Origin: Anaeramoeba ignava BMAN
Lineage: Eukaryota; Protista; Anaeramoebae
Direction of reading: 5' to 3'
Length of the DNA stretch: 64,000 nt
Assembly: GCA_028826165.1 (NCBI GenBank)
Contig: JAPDFW010000092.1
Span: 1,063,285-1,127,284 of the forward strand
Position numbers and translations under genes: made by a program. Below, piece by piece: positions 13,286 to 26,073 of the stretch (its first letter is position 1; each line of letters begins with the position of its first letter). Below the pieces are notes generated by a model. The model saw nothing but the letters and a program-made list of their open reading frames with translations, was not told the DNA's origin and did no database searches.

Positions 13286-14000
13286 CTCCTTTTTTATTTT
13301 ATTTTTATTTTATTTTTAAATTCGAATGAAAAAAAATATTTTAACAAAAAAATAATTATTCTTCTTTTTATTTTTATTCTCCTTTTTTAGAGATTTAATT
13401 TTAATTTTAAATTTTAAACAAATTTTTAAATTAAATTTAGTATTAATTCCTTTATAATTTTAATTTAATTCTTTAATTTTTATTTTAATTTAATTTAATT
13501 TAATTAAAAAAAAAATTTTTTTATTTATTTGGGCAAATTAAAAATAAAAAAAAAAAAATTAAAAAAATTTTTTTTGATTTCATTTTCCCATTTTTTTTTT
13601 CTTTCTTTTTTAAAAAAACACATATTTCTATTAAGTAAACTTAATTTTAAACTTAATTTTAAAAATAATTTATAATTTAATTTATAAATTAAAAAAAATT
13701 ATTTATAAATTAATTTAAAATTAACTTAATTCACAAAAATATTAACTAACTTTAATTTATTTTAATTCATTTAATTATTAATTTAAATTTTTTTTTTTAA
13801 AAAATTTTTTTTTTCTTTTAAATTTTCTGAATGTTTACAAAACAAAAACACATTTATCTCAAAATTTAAACAATTTGAAAAAAAAATGAAATTAACATTT
13901 GACATTGGAACAACAAAAAACAAAAACAAAATAACAAAAAAACAAAAAACAAAAACAAAAAATGTTCAAATAAATTGTTATAAATAAAAGAAAATTAAAA

Positions 14001-15887
14001 ATGACCCGTTTCAAGTTAGTTTGTATTGGTGACGGAGCAACAGGAAAAACATGCATGCTTATTACATACGCAAAGAATAAGTGCGTTCATTATTTATTTT
14101 TTTTCACTAATTTAATTTTAATTTTAATTTTAATTTTGATTTTAATTTTAATTTTAATTTTAATTTTGAATTTTAATTTAAATTTTAATTTTAATTTTAA
14201 TTTTAATTTTAATTTTAATTTTAATTTTAATTTTAATTTTAATTTTAATTTTAATTTTAATTTTTAAATTTAATTTTAAATTTTAATTTTAATTTTAATT
14301 TTAATTTTAATTTTAATTTTGATTTTTAATTTTAAATTTTAATTTTAATTTTAATTTTAATTTTAATTTTAATTTCAAAATTTAATTTTAATTTTAATTT
14401 CAAAATTTAATTTTAATTTTAATTTTAATTTGATTTTTAATTTTAAATTTTAATTTTAATTTTAATTTTAAATTTTAATTTTAATTTTTAATTTTAAATT
14501 TAAATTTAATTTTAATTTTAATTTTAAAATTTTGAACAATATGTTTTACTGTTTTTAAGAATAATGTTAATTGATAATTTTAAATTTAAGGGAGAATTTT
14601 TAATTTTAAATTTTAATTTTAATTTTAATTTTAATTTTATTTTTCAATTTTATTAAAAATTAAATTTAAATTTAAATTTAAATTTAATTTAAATTTAAAT
14701 TTAAATTTTAATTAAAAAATTTTTAAATTTTAAATAAAAATTTTTAAAAATTTTAATTTAAATATAAATTTTAATTTTAATTATAAATTTTAAATTTAAA
14801 TTTAAATTTTAATTTTAAATTTAATTAAAATTTAAATTTCAAAATTTAAAGATAAAATATAAAACAATATGTTCCTACTGTTTTTATAAAATTATGTTAG
14901 TGATGTTGAACTTGAAGGAGAGAATATAAAAATTAAGTCTTTGGGATAATAAAAATAAATATAAATTTTTATTTTATTATTTTATTAAAAATATAAATAT
15001 AAATATAAATATAAATAAATATAAATATAAATATAAATATAAATATAAATATAAATATAAATATAAATATAAATATAAATATAAATATAAATATAAATAT
15101 AAATATAAATATAAATATAAATATAAATATAAATATAAATATTCCAAATAAATATAAATATAAATATAAATATAAATATAAACATAAATAAATATAAAAA
15201 TTTAATTAATAAATAGGTCAGGATGATTATGATCGACTTCGTCCTCTTAGTTATCCCGATTCACATGTTATTTTGATTGGATATGCTATTGATAATCATG
15301 TTTCATTTAATAATGTTAAAGAAAAAGTAAAAATTCAATTAAATTAAAAATTCAATTAAATTAAAAATTCAAAATTTCAAATGAAAAATTCAAAATTAAA
15401 AATTAAAAATTCAAAATTAAATTAATTAAATTAAAATAATAGTGGCAACCAGAAGTTCTTCATTTCTGCCCAAAAACTCCAATTATTTTAGTTGGATTGA
15501 AAATTGATCTTCGAGGTGATCCTGAAACTCTTGAAAGATTGAAAAAGAGAAATGAAAACATTATTTCAAGTGATCAAGTAAATTCAAAATTAATTAAATT
15601 TAAATTAATAATTAAAATTTGAAAATTAATTAAAATTCATTTTGAAAATTAATTAAAATTTATTTTAAATTTAAAAATTAATAATTAAAATTTATTTTGA
15701 AAATTAATTAAAATTCATTTTGAAAATTAAAAAATAAAAGGGAAAACAACTTGCAACTGAAATTAATGCTTTCTCATATATTGAATGTTCAGCAAAAACA
15801 AGAGAAAATTTAAAAGATGTTTTCCAAGAATCTGTACGAGCAGCCAAATCAAGAAAATCTTCAGGTGGAAAGTGTATTCTTCTGTGA
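14001..15887 (+). CDS. Rho-family small GTPase (RhoA/Rho1-like); exons 14001-14080, corrupted exon ~14855-14950, 15217-15326, 15443-15577, 15741-15887
   Basis: [14 protein letters not shown]; YVPTVF..; [15 protein letters not shown]; [24 protein letters not shown]; YIECSAKT; C-terminal CAAX box CILL. Confidence 0.88.
14105..14830. repeat. (TTTTAA)n microsatellite in Rho intron 1
   Basis: Directly visible; followed by (ATATAA)n at ~14990-15195. Confidence 0.85.
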
Positions 15888-16252
15888 ATTCTTTTGATTT
15901 TGATTTTGATTTGATTTTGATTTGATTTGATTTTTGATCCAAACAAAAATATTTTTGGCATTTTTTTTTTCATTCATTTTTATCAGTTTTTTTTTTTTTT
16001 GGATTCCTTCATTCTTTCTTTCAAAAATATATCCCTGTTTCATTGCCAAGAGCAAAAAAAAAACTTTTTTTTTTCCGTTTAATTTGAAATTTTTTTTTTT
16101 TCTATTTTCTGAGACTTTTTTTTTTTTGAAACTTCGATAAAATTCTCAAAAAAAAAAAACTCAAAACAAAATTATTTTTTTCTTTTTGGAATTTTTCATT
16201 TCTTTTTCTTTTTGTTTTTTGTTTTTGAAAAGAAAAAAAAAGAAGAATGAAA

Positions 16253-19200
16253 TTATTTTTTTGAATTAAATTGATTTAAATCAAGTGAAATTGTTTGTGA
16301 AGTTTTTTCTGAAAGTGATTTATAAATTCCAATTAAAGAATCAGTATGTTGAAAGAATTCATCTTTTAAAGAAATTGTAATAATTTGTAAAGAATGAAAA
16401 TCTAATAATAATAATAATAAATTTTATAAATTAAAAATAAATAAAATTTTCTTTAATTTTTGAAATTTACCTTTTTTATCATCTTCATCATTTTCTTGAT
16501 TTTCTTGATTTTCTTGATTTTCTCTTGTTACATCCTTTAAAAATTTAGTTACTATACTTAAATTAGATTTATCTAATGCTGCATCAATTTCATCCATTAT
16601 GAAAAATGGAAATGGTTTTGAACGATAAATTGAAAACAATAAAGCAAGTGCTGCAACAGTTTTTTCTCCTCCTGAAAGTTGTTCCATTTCTCGAAACCTT
16701 TTTGTTGGAGGTTTCACTGTAAATTTCACTCCATGAAGATATGGTTCTTCTTGATTCTCAAGACTTAAATATGCTGTTCCACTAAATCCATCTCTTGTTT
16801 TTGTCAATTGATTATATATTGAATCAATATTCTTTGCAATATTGTTATATGTTTGCAAAAATAATTCAGATCTTTCCTTTTTTTTCTTGTTAAATTTTGT
16901 AGCTGATTTTTCCGCCTTTTTTCTTGCTTTTTTATATGCGTTACTAACTGTTTGAAACTTCGTATTCAATTGCTTCAATTTTTCATTTGCTTTCAAATTC
17001 GGCGCAAGTTTATCAATTTTGTTCTTGATTTCATTGATTCTTTCTTCATATTGTTTGTCAATATCTTCATATTGAGCCGATGTTTTAATCAAAAGATGTT
17101 CTTCTTTAACACTTGAAAAATCAACCTTGATTAGATCTTCCTGGAAAAGACTTTCTGCTGTTGCTTGACTTAATCTTGACTCAATCTTCTTTTTCCCCGC
17201 TCTTTCAACTTTTTCCTCCAAATCTTCTTCAAACATGATTTCATCTTCCTCAAATATTTGCTCAAATAATTTCCTTGATTTTTTCTTAATCGGTAGTTTG
17301 ATTTGCTCCATTTTGCATTTCTGATATAAAGAATGTCTGTAATTCCGAAGATTTTCTAAATTTGATTCGTTCACATTAATTTTGTGATTTAAATCAACAA
17401 TTCGATTGTTAAGTTTCTTCAATTCAATTTTGAATTTTTCCATTTCAAAATTCAAATCATTCATTTGTTGTTTTTTCTCATCAAAAGATTGCTTGAGTTT
17501 ATCAAGTTTGGTTGTGATTTCCTTAATAGCTTTAGTCATTGTGCGTTTTTCCTCTTTTAATTTCTCAAGATCCTTCAAATACTTTGTTTTGGTTTCAATC
17601 ATGTAATTTTCACTGTGTGATTTTGTTTGTTTTTCATATTCTAGTCGTGTTTCAAGTTGTGCCTTTTGTGTTTCCAATTCAAGTCGTGATTCCTCTTGTG
17701 ATTGGATTTTCTTCTTCAAATCTTCATAAACCTTAATTGAATCTGATCCAACATTCTGATAAAATTCTGCAAAAACCTTATTTTCTATATTTTGAACCTC
17801 TTCTTGTTTTTTTTGGATTTCCTCTTTTTGTTGCTGAATTTCCTGTTCAAATTCTGTCAGTTTTTTTCGTATCTGTTGTTTATTTCCAAGTAGTATTTCA
17901 TAGTCTTTCTCATTCTTCTCTAGTTTGGCATCTGTTAATTTAGAATCAATTTGCAAATATTCAAGTTTCTTGTTCAAATCATTGATTTCATTTTCCAGTC
18001 TTTCTCTCTTCTCAATTAAATATCTTTCATTCTCCATTTGGTCAAATTCATTCAAAAATATTTCTTTTTGTCTTCTTAATTCTAATAAATAAAATATAAA
18101 TATAAATATAAATATTTTTTTTAGAAAGAAAAAAAAGAAGAACAAAAAAAAATAAATTAAACAAACCATCAGTATTTTTATCTTCCCAAAGATTAGATCT
18201 TCGATCAACTCCACTAGGACCGCCAGTTATTAATCCAGATTTGAAAATCAAAGTTCCATCAAGAGTAACAACTTTTTTTTTTTTGAAAGAAAATTTAATA
18301 AATTAAAAAAATTTGGAAAATTTAATCAGTTTATTAAATTTATTCACCTTTATGTCTACTTTTTTGATCAAAAGCAATTTCTCTTGCTTCTTTAAGAGTA
18401 TCACAAACAAGTGTATTTCCACAAGCATATTGCATTGCCAACCGAATACTTGGATCAAAACTAATCACATCATAAATTAATTTTGCATTTGGAAGTGTTC
18501 TTAAATTTTCTTGAACTGGTTTGGATTCAATTGTTGTTAATGGAATAAATTTGGCCTTTCCAGCTCGAGTATGTTTCATATAATCAATACATTGAATTGC
18601 TGTTGAATGATCCTTTACAACAATAGCATCTAAATTTCTACCAAGAGCAGTAGTAACTGCAATTTTATATTTAGATTGTGTTAATTTGCAAAGATCCCAA
18701 CTAGAAAATGAAAATCAAAATAAAATGAAAATAATAAAAGAAAAAGTGGATCAATTTTTCATAAATTTTTCATAAATTTTTTATAAATTTTTCTTTACAT
18801 TCTTCCATAAACTCCTGGAAATAACTTCTTTAAATTGTTTAATGTTTCTTTGAAATTTTTTTCTCGTTGACTTTCTTTCGCTTCATCTTTGGCTCCTCTT
18901 AATAATCTTGAAATATTCTCAATATTTCCCATCAATTCTTTTTTCTTCATTTGATGCTGATTAATTGTTTCAATCAATTCTTGGAGTTTCTTTTGATTTA
19001 CTTGAACTAAATTTTGTAATTTTGCAACATCTTCTGTGATCTAAATTAAAAATTTTGTTTTAAAAAAAATTAAATCTTTAAATGAATTTATTGAAATCTT
19101 ACTTTTTTCTTTCGATTTGTTAAGTTTTCTTTAATTTCTTTCATTTGATTTTCTCTTTGTTCGAGTTCTTTGTGATTTTGTTCAAATGTATTTTTGTTTT

Positions 19201-21648
19201 GGGTTTTGAATTCGACATCATTTTGAAGAGTATTGATTTCTTCTTGAATAAAAATTGTTAGTTTTTGAGCGACTTCCTTCAGAATATCATATTGTTTTAA
19301 AAGTGAATCGGGTATCTTAATTTTGTTTTTTTGTTGATTTAATTGATTAATTTCCTTCTCAAGTTTTTCCACTTGATTTTTTTTAGTTTTCCATTCTTCT
19401 TCAAGTTTTTGGATTTTAGAATTTTTTTCTTCCAATTCTTGTTGGTTTTGAAGTTCGTTATCTTCAATTTGAAATCTTCGATTTTCTAAAACACGAATTT
19501 TTTGAGTAAGTTCCAAATATTTTGGTTTCTATTATAGAGTTATGAATTAATGAGAAATAAATAAAAAAGTTAAATTGGTTTTTTTTAAAAAAATAATACT
19601 TGAGTATGAAGCTCTTCTTGTCCTTCTCTAAGTTCTTTTTCAATCTCAAGTTTGGCTTTATGAAGTTTTGCTTTTTCTTGCTTTTTTGTTCTAACTTGTT
19701 CCAAAAGAACTTTTTCCCTAATTTGAAGTCTTTTAGAAATTTCATAATAATCACTCAATTCCTTTTTTGTTTGATTGAAATTGTTATCAATCCATCCCAA
19801 TTTCCAGAGAATATGTTCCAGCTTGATATCATGCAAAACTTGGAATAAATGGTTGAATTCTTCAACTTCTCTTAATTGAGCTTGAAATTGCTTTTTCTCG
19901 TTAATAACATCCCTTTTCTCTTTGATTTTTGTCATTGCTTGCGTTTCTGTTTCTTCTTTAATTTTCTTAAGTTCTTCATATTCCTTTCGTAATTCTTTTG
20001 GAGTACTCAAATCATCAATCAATTCAGATATTTCTTTTGGTGATTTTTGGGCAATATTTTGTACATCTCCTTGGAAAACTAAAAAATGCTTTGTTTTCAC
20101 ATAAATTCCAACTTTCTTCAAATTTTCCAGATATTTCTTTTGTGATTTTTGTTTGTGATCCACTCTATATTCTGATGTGCCATTGGGCAGTATCAATCTC
20201 GTAAAACTCATCTCTTTGGATTCGTTATCCTCCTTTTTTACGTTCAAAACAAGAGTTACTGATGCTTTTCTTCTTTGATTTTTTTTCTCGTCTTCATCTT
20301 CTCTTGATTTATCATTTTCGTCTTCAATAACCAGTTGTGGATCAAGCTCTTTCTCTCTATAAATCAGATCAGTTATTTTGGCTCCTCTTAAAGAAGATGT
20401 TGCGATCCCCAAAACAAAGCAAATTGCATCCATACAATTACTATTGTGAGTAACTGTTAAATCTCCAAGAAGAAATCTCCCGTTTCCATTTAGCTGGAAT
20501 CCATAATAATTTTGGCATCCAATTGATTCCACTTTTATATCTGATTCCAAAACTTGATTTCGGATCTTACTCGAAATTGCTTGTTTGTTTTTTTCTTTAT
20601 CAATCTTGATTTTGATTAAGGGTATTTTGCGGATTTGATTCCCTTTGAAAATCAATGTTTGCGAAAATGAGGAATGGTTTATGATTTGGGTTTTTATTCC
20701 AAGAGAATGCGCCAAAAAGGTTAAATCTTCAATTAATTTCTTGATTTTTTCTTGTTCAAGAAGTTGGATAGAAATTTTGTTCGAAGAAAATTTTGAACTG
20801 GAACATGAATCAATCAATCCTGCTAATAATTCAAATCTTATTTTTTCAGAGTTGAGTTTATAGTGTTCGGGAATAAAAGGAATATCAAGAAAAGAGGGAT
20901 ATTTATTGAGAAATGATTTGAATTGGGAATCACAATTAGTATCCAAATTATCATTTTGATTCAATGCAAGTTTAGAAATCAATTTTCCAGCTTGATAGGG
21001 AGGAAGTAACACATTTTGATGAGGAAATTGTGGAGAAACTTTGTATCCTTTAAACATACTTTTCCATAAACTTGATTTTTTCAAATAATCTTGAATGGAA
21101 ATATCAAGAATATCGCCAACTTGTTTAATTTCCTTTTTTTCCATCAAAAATGAATTAAGATATTCTTTTGCTTTTTGGAAAGCCATTTGTTTTGAGTCAA
21201 ATTCGTTTTCACTGAATTGTTTTGTTTTGAGATGGTTATTTTCTGAGATCCAAATCAAGTTCCAAATTCTTTTTGTTTCATCAAAAAATAAATTATGATT
21301 TTTGGATAGTCTTAATGAAAGAATATGTTGTAAATTTGCAGAATAAGAATTTGAATATTTTTTGGATGATATTTTAAACATTTCTCCAAAACCTACTGTT
21401 GTTGATAAAACTGTTCTTGGTTTTGAATCATCACCCATTAATAAATCTCCTTTTTTGATATCTTGAACAAACTTAGTTTTTCCATTGAATAACATAATTG
21501 GAGTATTTTTTCCAAGACATTTTCCTGATCCATTTGGTCCAATAATTGCTGTAAATTTTTTAAATGGACCAATTACATGTTTTCCTTTATATGATTTAAA
21601 ATTTTCAATTTCCAATCTTTCAATTAAAATTTGGTCTTCAATTTCCAT
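16253..21648 (-). CDS. SMC1: Structural maintenance of chromosomes protein 1 (cohesin), intein-containing, ~7 exons
   Basis: ENFKSYKG.HVIGPF..FTAIIGPNGSGK/SN.MDAI.FVLG, LVFQGDV, hinge (LFPGVYGR, FIPL, YACGNTLVCD, VTLDGT..GLITGG), PPTKRFREMEQLSGGEKTVAALALLFSI, MDEIDAALD, QIITISLK. Introns near 19599-19529, 19102-19041, ~18798-18701, ~18348-18272, ~18165-18082, ~16471-16402. Confidence 0.95.
20443..21519 (-). mobile_element. Intein (359 aa) in SMC1 Walker A, with degenerate LAGLIDADG homing endonuclease
   Basis: In-frame insert GPNGSGK|CLGKNTPI...NGRFLLGDLTVTHN|SNCMDAI. Cys1, block B (ANLQHIL), block F (YYGFQL), terminal His-Asn, +1 Ser, internal LLAGLIDSCS. Removing it restores the canonical GSGKSN.MDAI. 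Confidence 0.97.
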
Positions 21649-21896
21649 TAAGAAATTTAAAATAAAAAATTAAAAAAAAAATGAAATTTAAATTAAAACA
21701 AAAACAAAAACAAAAAACCAAAAACAAAAACAAAAACAAAAACAAAAACAAAAACAAAAACCGTTAAAAAATTTAAATTAAAATTAAATCGTTAAAAAAG
21801 AAAATAAAATAAAAGAAAACTTTTTTTATTGAATTTGGAAACTAAAAAAAAAAAAAACTTAAACTTAATTTAGAAACTTAATTTAGAAACTTAATT

Positions 21897-24800
21897 TTAA
21901 AATTCATCAAAATCTTCTTCTTCCTTTTTTTCTTCTTTTTTATCTTCTTTTTTTTCTTTTTTATTTTCAATTTCTTTTTTAATTGTTTCTGTTATTTCTC
22001 TTAAAGCTCTAATTGCTTTAGATTCATTTACTTCATTAAAAAAAGAAATTCCAAGATCACAACTTTCTCTTAAACTTATATCTAAAGGTAATTTTCCAAG
22101 TAATTTAAGCTATAAAAATTAAATTAAATAAAATAAATTAGATTAAATAATTTAAATTAAATAATTTAGATTAAATAATTTAGATTAAATAATTTAGATT
22201 AAATAATTTATATTAAATAATTTAGATTAAATAATTTATATTAAATAATTTATATTAAATAATTTATATTAAATAAATTAGATTAAATAAATTAATTAAA
22301 TAATTTAGATTAAATAATTTAAATTAAATAATTTAGATTAAATAATTTAAATTAAATAATTTAGATTAAATAATTTATATTAAATAATTTATATTAAATA
22401 ATTTAGATTAAATAATTTATATTAAATAATTTATATTAAATAATTTATATTAAATAAATTAGATTAAATAAATTAAATTAAATAATTTATATTAAATAAT
22501 TTAGATTAAATAATTTATATTAAATAAATTAGATTAAATAATTTAGATTAAAAATTTAGATTAAATAATTTTAGATTAAATAATTTAGATTAAATAATTT
22601 ATATTAAATAATTTAAATTAAATTCTCAAATAATTTATATTAAATAATTTAGATTAAATAATTTAGATTAAATAATTTATATTAAATAATTTAGATTAAA
22701 TAATTTAATATTTAATTTAGATTAAATAATTTATATTAAATAATTTTTAAAAATTAGTCTCAATTTAGATTAAATAATTTTAAGTGAGATCCAATTTGGA
22801 TTAAAAATAATTTGGATTAAATAATTTATATTAAATAATTTAAATTAAAATAATTTTTAAATAATATTAAATAAATTAGATTAAATATTTATATTAAATA
22901 ATTTATAAATAAATTAAAAATTAGATTTAAATAAAATAATTTATATTAAATAATTTAAATTAAATAATTTAGATTAAATAATTTAGATTAAAATATATTT
23001 ATATTAAAATAATTTAGATTAAATAATTTTTTAAATAATATATTAAATAATTTGGATTAAATAATTTAATTAAATAATTTATATTAAATAAATATTAAAT
23101 TTAGATTAAATAATTTAAATATTTTAAATAATTTGGATTAAATAATTTTTTAAATAATTTATATTAAATAATTTATATTAAATAATTTATATTAAATAAT
23201 TTATATTAAATAATTTAGATTAAATAATAATTTATAATTTAATAAATAATTTAGATTAAATAATTTAGATTAAATAATTTGGATTAAATAATTTATATTA
23301 AATAATTTATATTAAATAATTTATATTAAATAATTTATATTAAATAATTTAGATTAAATAATTTAGATTAAATAATTTAGATTAAATAATTTATATTAAA
23401 TAATTTATATTAAATAATTTAGATTAAATAATTTAGATTAGATAATTTAAATTAAATAATTTAAATTTTTACATTCATTTCTTGACACATTTTTTCTGCA
23501 CCTCCTGTAGTTGGTTTAAAAATAACTGATTCATGCTTTTTTTTTAAAATAAAACATTGGAATTAATTAAAATATTGGAATTAAATAAAACAAAACATAC
23601 TCCACAAGAACAAATAAATGAAGACATATTTTCAACAACTCCAATAATGTTAACATTTGCTTTTTTACAAAATGTAACTTCTCTTCTAACATCTAATAAT
23701 GATACTTCTTGTGGTGTTGTAACTAAAATTGCTCCATCAATTTTCTCTTCTAAAAATGAAGCAATTGATAAATGTTCATCTGAAGTTCCTGTTTTTTTTT
23801 TTTGGAATTAAAATTAAATTTGAAATTAAATTTGAAATTAAAATTAAAATCGGATATTAAATTAAATTTAAAATTAAAATTAAAATTAAAATTAAAATTA
23901 AAATTAAAATTAAAATTAAAATTAAAATTAAAAATTAAAATTAAAATTAAAATTAAAATTAAAATTAAAATTAAATTTGAAATTAAAATTAAAATTAAAA
24001 TCGGATATAAAATTTGAAATTAAATTTAAAATTAAAATTAAAATTAAAATTAAATTTTAAATTAAAATTAAAATTAAAATTAAAATCGGATATAAAATTA
24101 AAATTAAAATTAAAATTAAAATTAAAATTAAAATTAAAAATTAAAATTAAAAATTAAAATTGAAATTAAATTTAAAATTAAAATTAAAATTAAAATTAAA
24201 ATTAAAATTAAAATTAAAATTAAAATTAAAATTAAAATTAAAATTAAAATTAAAATTAAAATTAAAATTAAAATTAAATTTAAAATTAAAATTAAAATTA
24301 AAATCGGATATAAAATTTGAAATTAAATTTGAAATTAAAATTAAAATTAATATTAAAATTAAAATTAAAATTAAAATTAAAATTAAAATTAAAATTAAAA
24401 TTAAAATTAAAATTAAAATTAAAATTAAAATTAAAAATTACCTGGTGGTGTATCAACAATCAAATAATCTAATTCATCCCAATATACATCTCTTACAAAT
24501 TGTTTAATCAATCCATTTTTCTTTGGACCTAGATTTTTTGAATATAAATAATTTAAAAAGTAAAAAATGATAATAAAAAAAAGAAATACCTCTCCAAATA
24601 ACTGCATTTTCAGGATGAGATAAAAGAAAAGCTAAAACAATTATTATTTAAATCAAGAAAATAAATTATTGAAAAATTAAATTCTTTTATTTTTAGAATT
24701 GAAATATTTTTTTTTGTGAAATTGATTTATAAATTTTACCAATTGACATAACAGCAATATTATCAGAATTAAATACTGGTGACCATCCTAAAAAAGTTTC

Positions 24801-25841
24801 ATGTATTCTTTCATCTTCTAATCCAAACATTTTCGGAATTGACGGTCCTGTAATATCAACATCAAGAACTCCAACCTATTTTAAATTATTAATTTAATTA
24901 TTTGAAAATCGGATAGAAATTTAATTATAAATTTAATTATATATTTAATTATTTAATTAAAAATTTAATTATAAATTTGTTTTTTTATTATAAATTTAAT
25001 TATATATTTATTTGAAAATCGGATAAAAATTTAATTATCAATTTAATTATAAATTTAATTATAAATTTAATTATAAATTTGAATATAAATTTAAATAAAT
25101 TTAATTATAAATTTAATTATAAATTTAATTATAAATTTGTTTATAAATTATAAATTTAAATTATAAATTTTATTATAAATTTAATTATAAATTTAATTAT
25201 AAATTTAATTATAAATTTAATTATAAATTTAATTATAAATTTATTATAAATTTGATTATAAATTTGATTATAAATTTGATTATAAATTTAATTATAAATT
25301 TAATTATAAATATAATTATAAATTTAATTATAAATTTATTTATTAATTTGTTTATAAATTTGATTATATATTTAATTATAAATTTGATTATATATTTAAT
25401 TATATATTTAATTATAAATTTGATTATAAATTTATTTAATTATAAATTTGATTATATATTTTATTATAAATTTAATTATAAATTTAATTATAAATATAAT
25501 TATAAATTTAATTATAAATACTTTGAAATCTTGAGAAGCCAAAGAATAAGCTAATTGAGCAGCAATAGTACTCTTTCCAACTCCACCTTTACCAGACAAA
25601 ACCAATATAATATGTTTTACATTTTCAAAACGTTCTTTTATTTGTTTAAGTTCTTTTAATTTGCAAGTTCAAAAAATGAATTTAAATGAAAAAAAAAAAT
25701 TATTTAAAAATTTAGTTTATTTTTAAAAATACCAGCTGCTTCTTGTCTTGCTCCCATACAAACTTTATAATTAGGACATGTTTTACATGCATCATGATTA
25801 CCTACGTTTTTTTCACTAACTGCTGGACAACTAAAAGCCAT
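21897..25841 (-). CDS. NBP35: Cytosolic Fe-S cluster assembly factor Nbp35/NUBP1, multi-exon
   Basis: Missed by the ORF track. Manual splicing gives N-terminal [24 protein letters not shown] (CX13CX2CX5C), [86 protein letters not shown]. Confidence 0.93.
22115..23465. repeat. Intronic 14-bp minisatellite TT(AG/AT)ATTAAATAAT
   Basis: Fills the NBP35 intron 22110-23472. Confidence 0.85.
23805..24440. repeat. Intronic (AAAATT)n with interspersed AAATCGGATA units
   Basis: NBP35 intron. A 12-bp TTATAAATTTAA array fills another NBP35 intron at ~24915-25520. Confidence 0.8.
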
Positions 25842-26073
25842 TTTTTTTAACAATCCAAAAAAAAAAAATTGGATAATCAAAGAGAAAAATGAAAAAAAAT
25901 TTTTCCGAAATTAAAATTTTATTTATTTTTATTTTTATTTTTAATTTTAATTTGATTTTCTCTTTAAATTTTTCTCTTTTAAAGTTACTAAGAAAAAATG
26001 ATTAAAGAAATTATTATTAAAATTATTATTAAAATTATTATTAAAATTATTAAAATTATTAAAATTATTAAAA

